45,023 nt of DNA from a virus (lineage: Duplodnaviria > Caudoviricetes): positions 1 through 45,023 of the IMG/VR virus record IMGVR_UViG_3300026546_000006; one strand, 5' to 3'. Below are positions 38,065 to 45,023 of this stretch, one piece after another; the stretch's first letter is position 1, and every line of letters begins with the position of its first letter. The position numbers and the translations under genes are program-made. The notes beneath the pieces are model-generated. The model was not told the origin of the DNA. It saw only the letters and a program-made list of their open reading frames with translations, and made no database searches.

Positions 38065-39741
38065 TTGGAAGAAAATAGAATAGATTTAATTTTAAATAAA
38101 AATAATGATAATTATTTATCATCATCTAATTCTGTTAAATTAATGAATCATATATATGAAGATAATGGTTTTATTAAATTAAAAACAGTTGTTAATTCAA
38201 ATATAAAAATTGGAGATATAATTTATATTTGTGCAATGTCTGGTGATACAGGTGTAGAATATACATCAACATCTTATGTTTTAGATAATTTAATTGAAAT
38301 TTCTGGTTGTTCAAATTGGTATTATAATCCTAAGTTAATGGGATATAAAGTTTTAAATGTAGATTATTTAAATAATTTTTTAACAATAAATAGACGATAT
38401 GATTCAATATTTGATAATAAAAATATCTATAATCATTATATTACAAAAATTTATATCAATAATCAAAATATAATAAATGGAAATATTGATAGTGCTATTT
38501 ATAAAAATATCCATTTATCAGGAACAACTAATTTTATACAATCCATTATATTATCTGGAATTACATCAAATATTACTTTAAATGAAAAATATGATAAAGA
38601 TTATATTACTTTAAATACTCATGATAATTATTCAACATATTTAAGTAATAATAATAATTTATTTAGTTTTACAATTATTAAAAATCAAATAATTAATAAT
38701 ACGATTATTAAAAACGGTTATTATTATAATTGTATTATTAATAATAGTGAAATAAATTATGGATTTTATTATAATTGTACAATAAATAATTCTATTATTA
38801 ATAATGGCAATTATAGTGGTTGTACTATATCTGGTGTAACATGGGTTTATGGTGTGTGGGAATATGGTGATTTTGTTCTATCAGAATGGAATAATGGTAT
38901 TTGGAATAATGGTAATTTTATTGGAAAAATATGGAAAAATGGTATTTTTAATAATGGTATCTTTTCTGCATCTACTTGGTTAGATGGTATTTTTAATAAT
39001 GGACAATTTTTAAATTCAATTTGGAGTGGTGGTACATTTAATAATTCTTATTTTTCAGAATCTATATGGCATAATGGTAATTTTAATGGTTATACTATAA
39101 CTCATAGCACTTGGTTAAATGGTATCTTTTATAATGGTGACTTTATAATGTCAGTATGGTATGATGGTATTTTTAAAAATGGTAATTTTAAAACTAATAG
39201 TACATGGATAACAGGTGTATTTGATAATGGTGAATTTATTGATTCTAATTGGAGTGGTGGAACTTTTAATAATGGAATAATAAAAGATAGTTTATGGAGT
39301 GGTGGTACATTTAATAATGGGTTTATGATTAGAACAAATTGGTATAACGGTATATTTAATAATGGAAATTATGATGCCCAAAATAGTGGATTAACATATA
39401 AATTTATAAATAATGTTAAAACATATCCTATTAATTGGTATAATGGGACATTTAATAATGGTATATTAAATAATGCATATTGGATAGATGGAAACTTTAA
39501 TAATGGGGTAGTTAATAATAGTATTTTAATTAAAGTTAAATGGAAAGATGGTGTTTTTAATGGTAATATAATAGGACCACTAAATTATATGATAGGAATT
39601 GATGATCATGTAATAATTTGGAGTGGTGGTACATTTAATAATGGATATTTTGGAATAAAAGAAAGTGATATTTTAACTATAAATGGACAATTAATAACTA
39701 TGTGGTTAGGTGGAAACTTTTATAATGGTTATTATTTTTAA
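38065..39741 (+). CDS. Protein with W-x-x-G-x-F-x-x-G solenoid repeats, probably virion-associated
   Basis: More than 15 repeats of about 15 aa (e.g. WSGGTFNNG) in the C-terminal half; TTG start; promoter motif upstream. Confidence 0.75.
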   Translation: MEENRIDLILNKNNDNYLSSSNSVKLMNHIYEDNGFIKLKTVVNSNIKIGDIIYICAMSGDTGVEYTSTSYVLDNLIEISGCSNWYYNPKLMGYKVLNVDYLNNFLTINRRYDSIFDNKNIYNHYITKIYINNQNIINGNIDSAIYKNIHLSGTTNFIQSIILSGITSNITLNEKYDKDYITLNTHDNYSTYLSNNNNLFSFTIIKNQIINNTIIKNGYYYNCIINNSEINYGFYYNCTINNSIINNGNYSGCTISGVTWVYGVWEYGDFVLSEWNNGIWNNGNFIGKIWKNGIFNNGIFSASTWLDGIFNNGQFLNSIWSGGTFNNSYFSESIWHNGNFNGYTITHSTWLNGIFYNGDFIMSVWYDGIFKNGNFKTNSTWITGVFDNGEFIDSNWSGGTFNNGIIKDSLWSGGTFNNGFMIRTNWYNGIFNNGNYDAQNSGLTYKFINNVKTYPINWYNGTFNNGILNNAYWIDGNFNNGVVNNSILIKVKWKDGVFNGNIIGPLNYMIGIDDHVIIWSGGTFNNGYFGIKESDILTINGQLITMWLGGNFYNGYYF

Positions 39742-39756
39742 AAAAAAAAATAAAAA

Positions 39757-41301
39757 ATGAGTGTAATTCATGTACCAATTGGTAATAATTTAATAAATGT
39801 TGGAACATTAAATTTTGATAATAATAATCATTGGGTAGATTTAAATGTATATGATAGTTCAAATTTTGACCCAATTGAAAGAGGATATAGTTATTTAAAA
39901 ATTAATACTGGTTTAAAACATCATGGCGTTATAAGATATAATGAATCTATAACTAATATAGGTTGGTATAAAATAATAACAACAATAAAATTAGAAACAT
40001 CTACAGTTTGTTCTGGTATAACATTTATATTAGGTAGTGGGTATACAACTAAATATTTAACAGATTCATATTCAACATTAAACATTGATATTAATGCTAT
40101 AGATATATCTCAAATTTATTATAAAAGATTAATAATTGATTTATTAGGTGAATATAATCAATGTTTAAATAAAAAAGTATTATTTAATTCTTTAATATTA
40201 TATGCTACAGAAGATATTGATGATGTATCATATTTTGATAATAATTATATATCTCAATATATTATTAATTTAATGTGGAGTTTATATAATAATAATAATG
40301 TAATAATTGCATATTCACATAATGGTGTTTTTGGAACACCACATGGTTTATATAATATTAATGACAATATTACAGGTGGTGGTGTTGTTGTATATAAAGG
40401 AAATGATAGTAATGTAACATTATCAATAACACCAGGTGATAAATTATATTATAAAATATGGACATATAAAAATGGTTCAGATAGTATAACATATTATACA
40501 CAAGGCATTCAATTAGATGTTATTTCTCCACCAATTAACTTTAATGGTCAATCTCTTTCATCTACTATAATTTATTTAAGTTGGGACTTAAATAATAATA
40601 ATGATAATATAATATTAGCATATTCTACATCTTCATTTAATGGAGATATAAATAGTGGTATAACTTACCCAATTGGTAGTTTAACACCAGGTAATGGTAC
40701 AGTTTTATATAGTGGATCATCAGAAAATATTCAACATTATGGTTTATTATCTAATACACATTATTATTATAGAATTTGGTCATATGAAAATAGCACAACA
40801 AAATATTCAAAATCTATTAATGAATTAAATATTTTAACAATAAATGGTATTAATGATCCATCTAATTTTGATTATACTATATTAAATTCAAATCAAATAA
40901 AATTAACATGGGGATTAAATTTAGATAATGATAATATATTATTAGCATCTGGAAATACTGAAAATTTTGATGTTCCTAATACAAATTATAATATTGGAGA
41001 TAATATAGGAGATGGTGTAGTATTATTATCTAATACTGGATTAACAGAATATATAGATAATGTTAATTTAATTCCACCTTACTCTATATTTTATAAAATA
41101 TGGTCTCAGCATGTACATGATTATTCAGCAGGTATTTTAATTAATATATCAGCATCACAACCAGTTAATGGTGGTGGGTTTTATGGTGGTGTTTTTTATA
41201 ATGGTTATTTTTATGGTAAATGGTATAATGGTAGATGGATAAAAGGAGATTTTATTGAACCGCCTGCTGAATGGCACTCAATAAATCCTAAACCAAATTA
41301 A
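39757..41301 (+). CDS. Fn3-like repeat protein, probably virion-associated
   Basis: Three units of L.W....N...IILA...Y(Y)KIW; ends with GGFYGGVFYNG..WYNGRWIKG repeats. Confidence 0.7.
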   Translation: MSVIHVPIGNNLINVGTLNFDNNNHWVDLNVYDSSNFDPIERGYSYLKINTGLKHHGVIRYNESITNIGWYKIITTIKLETSTVCSGITFILGSGYTTKYLTDSYSTLNIDINAIDISQIYYKRLIIDLLGEYNQCLNKKVLFNSLILYATEDIDDVSYFDNNYISQYIINLMWSLYNNNNVIIAYSHNGVFGTPHGLYNINDNITGGGVVVYKGNDSNVTLSITPGDKLYYKIWTYKNGSDSITYYTQGIQLDVISPPINFNGQSLSSTIIYLSWDLNNNNDNIILAYSTSSFNGDINSGITYPIGSLTPGNGTVLYSGSSENIQHYGLLSNTHYYYRIWSYENSTTKYSKSINELNILTINGINDPSNFDYTILNSNQIKLTWGLNLDNDNILLASGNTENFDVPNTNYNIGDNIGDGVVLLSNTGLTEYIDNVNLIPPYSIFYKIWSQHVHDYSAGILINISASQPVNGGGFYGGVFYNGYFYGKWYNGRWIKGDFIEPPAEWHSINPKPN

Positions 41302-41321
41302 AAAAAAATAATATAAATGTT

Positions 41322-42209
41322 ATGATAGGAATATTTTCAATTATTAGTAATTTTTTTGGAAAAATTTTTAGTAAAGAATTTTTACCAGTTACTTTAACAG
41401 TTATAATATCTATTCTTATATTTACAAATTTAAATACATGTAGTAGATTAAAAGTAGAAAAAGAAACAAGAAAACAAGAAAAAGAAATTTATAATCAAAA
41501 TTTTAGTGCATTTTTAGATTCAATTACTAAAATTTATAATGAACAAACTAAAACATATGAATATCAACGAGATATGTATTTAACTACATTAAATGAATTA
41601 TCAAAATATGATTCAATATTTGCTAATAAATTAAAAAAAGTAAAAGGTGATATTATAAGTGCAATAGATAGTAAAATTAATTTTGAAAATAAACCAGTAG
41701 AGATTGATAATAAATTAGAAAAATATAATAATAACAACTATGGTTTAAGATGGAATTATAATTATAAAGATATAGGATTTAATCAACATATAAGTGGAGT
41801 ATCTATGTTTAAATTAAATAACAATAAAATCTTTGCAGGTATAACTAAAATTGATACTAATCAAATAAGTTTAAAAATCACATATGGTTTCAGAGAATAT
41901 AATGATAGATATAAAGTATGGGCAATATCACAATCACCATTAATTAATATAAGTGAATTATCGGGTGCTTATTTTATTAATAAACCATTACCTTATACTG
42001 AAAAAACACATTATTTACATAGATGGACAATTGGTCCTTATTTTGGTGCTGGCATAAATTTTGATCATAGATTACAAAATCCAAGATTAGGTTTCGGTTT
42101 CGGTTTTGGAATTCAATATCATTTATTTGGTTTTGGTAAAAAAGTAATTAAAGAAAAAACGAAAAAAAATAATAATATATATGATATAGATAATTATATT
42201 AAAAAATAA
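41322..42209 (+). CDS. Membrane-anchored protein, candidate spanin-like
   Basis: N-terminal TM, helical/coiled segment, C-terminal amphipathic strands WTIGPYFGAGINF...GFGFGFGIQYHLF. Confidence 0.55.
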   Translation: MIGIFSIISNFFGKIFSKEFLPVTLTVIISILIFTNLNTCSRLKVEKETRKQEKEIYNQNFSAFLDSITKIYNEQTKTYEYQRDMYLTTLNELSKYDSIFANKLKKVKGDIISAIDSKINFENKPVEIDNKLEKYNNNNYGLRWNYNYKDIGFNQHISGVSMFKLNNNKIFAGITKIDTNQISLKITYGFREYNDRYKVWAISQSPLINISELSGAYFINKPLPYTEKTHYLHRWTIGPYFGAGINFDHRLQNPRLGFGFGFGIQYHLFGFGKKVIKEKTKKNNNIYDIDNYIKK

Positions 42210-42259
42210 AAAAAAAATGAATATTTTTATTTAATATATATAAAAAAAAATAATAAATT

Positions 42260-42850
42260 ATGAGAGAAAGTATAATTAGATTTAATGATTTTCAACATAA
42301 AAAAAGAGGTTCTAATTTTATTAATGAAACAGTAATACCATTTGATGATTATTATAAAGTTAGAGTTAATATTGATGTTCCATTTTCTTTAGTTAATTCT
42401 TATATTAAAAAAATAAAAGATGAAACTGGACAAGATATTAAAAAGTTTTATTCTGAAATAGAAATTGCAGAAGAAATAGCTAAATATGTATCTACATCAT
42501 ATTTAAATATTGAAAATATACCTGGTGATATATTAGCACCAGAAAAAAATAATGGTTTAGTTGTAAATTCACCACAACCACAAGGCCAAGGTCAATCACA
42601 ATTTAGTCAATTTAATCAAGGTCAACCACAAGGTCAAGGTGGTCAACCACAAGGTCAAGGTGGTCAATCACAAGGTCAAGGCGGTCAATCACAAGGTCAA
42701 GGCGGTCAATCACAAGGTCAAGGCGGTCAATCACAAGGTCAAGGTGGTCAATTGGATTTAAATTTAGATGTTCAAAATGGACAAACACAACATAATCAAG
42801 GACAAACTCCACAACATACTGCAAATAAAATTTCACCAAATGAAATTTAA
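42260..42850 (+). CDS. Putative head-associated protein with Q/G-rich tail
   Basis: MRESIIRFNDF...FINE-T N-terminus; own promoter motif and terminator. Confidence 0.75.
   Translation: MRESIIRFNDFQHKKRGSNFINETVIPFDDYYKVRVNIDVPFSLVNSYIKKIKDETGQDIKKFYSEIEIAEEIAKYVSTSYLNIENIPGDILAPEKNNGLVVNSPQPQGQGQSQFSQFNQGQPQGQGGQPQGQGGQSQGQGGQSQGQGGQSQGQGGQSQGQGGQLDLNLDVQNGQTQHNQGQTPQHTANKISPNEI
42629..42751 (+). repeat. About six 21-bp tandem repeats encoding QGQGGQ(S/P)
   Basis: caaggtcaagg(t/c)ggtcaa(t/c)ca read directly. Confidence 0.95.
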
Positions 42851-42872
42851 AATAAAATAAACTATTCTATAC

Positions 42873-42910
42873 AAAAGAAAGTCAATTTAAAAAATTGACT
42901 TTCTTTTTTT
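42873..42910 (+). terminator. Intrinsic terminator
   Basis: aaaagaaagtcaattt-aa-aaaattgactttcttttttt. Confidence 0.8.
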
Positions 42911-42939
42911 TATATATAATAAAAAAATAATAAATTATC

Positions 42940-43587
42940 TTGAATAATATAGATGATAAATTACGTAATATTTATGAAAATATTACTAATAAAGATAAAA
43001 TTCCTAATAATAATATTAATACTAATATTGTTAATGGTATAAAAGTTGGTGATTTAATTGTATTTAATATTAATAATATGGAATATAAAGGTCATGTTAA
43101 TAATATTGTTGATAATAAATATTTAATAAATGGAAACTTTTCAAATGAAAATAAAAGTGTATTAGTAGATTTTGATCAAATTATTGAACATTATCCTAAA
43201 AATTTAAAATTTCAAAATAAAAACAATGATAATAATATACAATTAATAAAAAGTGAAAATACAGATATTCAAGAAAAAAATGAAAATATTATTTTCTTTC
43301 CAAAAACATATAATAAAGATAATATTGATAATATTATATCAAAAACTAATTATAAATATTTTATAAGAGAAAAAAATAATGAATTACATATTGTTAAAAT
43401 TAGTAATGGTTTTGAAATAAAACCATTTATAGAAAGTACAATTAGTTATTTATTAAAAAATAAATTAATTAAAGAAAATTTATCATCAATGAAAGTTATT
43501 GGAAATAATTCTTTTTGTATATTAAAAAATATACCATTCAAATCATCCCAAATTTTAAAAAATATTTTAATGAAAATATTAAAATAA
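42940..43587 (+). CDS. Hypothetical protein (SH3/Tudor-like N-terminal segment)
   Basis: IKVGDLIVF...YKGHV; TTG start; promoter motif upstream. Confidence 0.65.
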   Translation: MNNIDDKLRNIYENITNKDKIPNNNINTNIVNGIKVGDLIVFNINNMEYKGHVNNIVDNKYLINGNFSNENKSVLVDFDQIIEHYPKNLKFQNKNNDNNIQLIKSENTDIQEKNENIIFFPKTYNKDNIDNIISKTNYKYFIREKNNELHIVKISNGFEIKPFIESTISYLLKNKLIKENLSSMKVIGNNSFCILKNIPFKSSQILKNILMKILK

Positions 43588-43601
43588 ATTAATTTTAAAC
43601 T

Positions 43602-44108
43602 TTATTTAAAAAAACTGTCAAAATTCTTTATATTATCAATATTAGTATTTAAATTTTTAGATTTATTTTTTCTTGCCATTTGAGATGCAACATTTTCTTT
43701 TATTACATGTTTCTTAATTGGTTCATTATTATCAACTATAATCGGTTGTGCATCTATATTAATATTTTTCTTTTTATGTTTATTCTTATTATCAATTGGA
43801 TTTTCAACACTCTCTAATTGTATTGATGCTTTTGTAATTATTTCAAATTTATCTTTCCATACTGGAAAATATAAATCTTCTGATATAATTTCAAATTTAA
43901 TATCACCATTATCTCCTTTATTATAAGTTTCTAATTTTGGTATATTAAATTCACAAATATCATTTTCAATAATTTTACCTATAAATAAGTAATTTTTATT
44001 TTCATTTGTTGTTAATATTAATCTTGGTTCTATATCTTGAATATTAATTCCCTCACTATTAATTTTAAATTTTAATGAATTGTTATTATTATTATTATAT
44101 AATTCCAT
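43602..44108 (-). CDS. Hypothetical protein
   Basis: 168 aa; AATATATA upstream; ends IKNFDSFFK. Confidence 0.7.
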   Translation of the reverse strand: MELYNNNNNNSLKFKINSEGINIQDIEPRLILTTNENKNYLFIGKIIENDICEFNIPKLETYNKGDNGDIKFEIISEDLYFPVWKDKFEIITKASIQLESVENPIDNKNKHKKKNINIDAQPIIVDNNEPIKKHVIKENVASQMARKNKSKNLNTNIDNIKNFDSFFK

Positions 44109-44200
44109 ATTGTAAAATTATTTTTTTTATTATATATTAAATAAAAAAATCGAAAAAAAAATGATTTTTAATTTTAATATATAAATAAAAAAAAAATCTA

Positions 44201-44377
44201 ATGGGTGAAATAAATAAAATTGATAAATCTAGAGAATTATTAAGAGAATTACAAACAATGTTATTTGGTGATATTGATAGTAAAGATTTATTTTCAAAAA
44301 CATTAGAAATTGATAATTTATTAAATTCAGCATCAATTGAATATAATAAATACTTAAATGAAAAAAAAAATAATTAA
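44201..44377 (+). CDS. 58-aa hypothetical protein
   Basis: MGEINKIDKSRELLRELQTMLFGD...; AATATATA upstream; not in the ORF track. Confidence 0.6.
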   Translation: MGEINKIDKSRELLRELQTMLFGDIDSKDLFSKTLEIDNLLNSASIEYNKYLNEKKNN

Positions 44378-44379
44378 TT

Positions 44380-45023
44380 ATGGCAAAAATTATTGATCCT
44401 GATTATCTTAATCAAGATACAGAAATTATTTTTGATGCAACAGGAAAAACAATTGAATTAGTTACTGCTGGTAACTTATCAACAGATGGTGTTACATTAC
44501 AAGCAATTTATTCTTTTTGTAAAGAAGAATGGAAAACAACAGGTTTAATTAAATATCCATTTCCTTTTGTTGCAATTACTGCTGAACAATTCGAATTAGT
44601 TAATGGTTGGAATTGGAAAACAACAACATCAACTCAACTTATTAGAGATGGTGGATGGGCATTAAAAGATACTAATTCTGTAACACAAGAAGAATGGATG
44701 AATTTAACAACATTAGGTTCATTTGATGATTCCAATAGTGATAGAGCATACTATCAACAAACAAGCGGACAAACTGGTACTGATACAGTTTTAACTGGTG
44801 AAGTTAATCAAGCAATTCAAATTTATGATAATGGAAATTATGATTATAAATCATATTTTAAAATTTTCTTACGTGAACAAGGTAAATTATATGATTTTTA
44901 TGATTTAATTTCAGATCAAAATTTATCAGAATTAACATATAAAAAATATGCACTTCCATTATCTAATAATACAGATTTAAAAATTACACATAATGACACT
45001 ATTATCAGTGGTAGTACACCATA
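44380..45023 (+). CDS. Probable virion structural protein (truncated by window edge)
   Basis: MAKIIDPDYLNQ...DGVTLQAIYSFCKEEWK...LIRDGGW; open to the end of the window. Confidence 0.75.
   Translation, partial: MAKIIDPDYLNQDTEIIFDATGKTIELVTAGNLSTDGVTLQAIYSFCKEEWKTTGLIKYPFPFVAITAEQFELVNGWNWKTTTSTQLIRDGGWALKDTNSVTQEEWMNLTTLGSFDDSNSDRAYYQQTSGQTGTDTVLTGEVNQAIQIYDNGNYDYKSYFKIFLREQGKLYDFYDLISDQNLSELTYKKYALPLSNNTDLKITHNDTIISGSTP

Noticed and set aside
38065-41301. Diversity-generating retroelement template/variable repeats
   Set aside because: No reverse transcriptase in the window; the repeats are short in-frame protein repeats without adenine-specific mismatches.
6999-42839. Antisense or out-of-frame track ORFs (6999, 8262, 8305, 13042, 19802, 20895, 21416, 22947, 23637, 24913, 26632, 28365, 28379, 28951, 37872, 42612)
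   Set aside because: They overlap better-supported genes and have low-complexity I/L/F/S composition expected from AT-rich or repetitive sequence.
1-45023. Stop-codon reassignment (as in some Bacteroidota phages)
   Set aside because: Conserved genes are full length in the standard code and coding density is high. TAA dominates and TGA ends two ORFs. TAG usage cannot be judged, but nothing requires recoding.
1-45023. Bacterial contractile injection system or eukaryotic giant virus
   Set aside because: Tail genes are interleaved with T4-like replication genes, and there are no cellular housekeeping operons or NCLDV hallmark genes.
1-45023. tRNA, rRNA or large ncRNA genes
   Set aside because: Intergenic gaps are short and nearly pure A/T; no cloverleaf or GTTCRA T-loop context was seen.

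Overview
The window is extremely AT-rich (roughly one-fifth GC by eye), densely coded, and reads as part of a large T4-like (myovirus) jumbo-phage genome, most likely infecting a Bacteroidota host. It carries replication/recombination genes (UvsX/RecA, gp41/DnaB helicase, gp45-like clamp, RuvC-like resolvase, class II RNR, adenine MTase) and dispersed contractile-tail genes (sheath, tube, gp26/gp51-like, gp53-like, gp27-like). It also has a host-like ClpP plus M42 peptidase cluster and many orphans. I found no tRNA, rRNA or CRISPR array. The strongest leads are: (1) about ten unrelated proteins, including a HExxH protease and a SAM methyltransferase, sharing an N-terminal motif like the T4 capsid-targeting sequence, suggesting a packaged and injected cargo set; (2) a 58% GC island at the gp26/gp51 overlap holding a perfect Shine-Dalgarno and a TTT_CCC_A +1 slip site; (3) unannotated micro-ORFs in the protease cluster and behind the only intergenic perfect SD; (4) a catalytically dead Mre11/gp47 paralog. 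All family calls come from motif recognition by eye; no searches were run.
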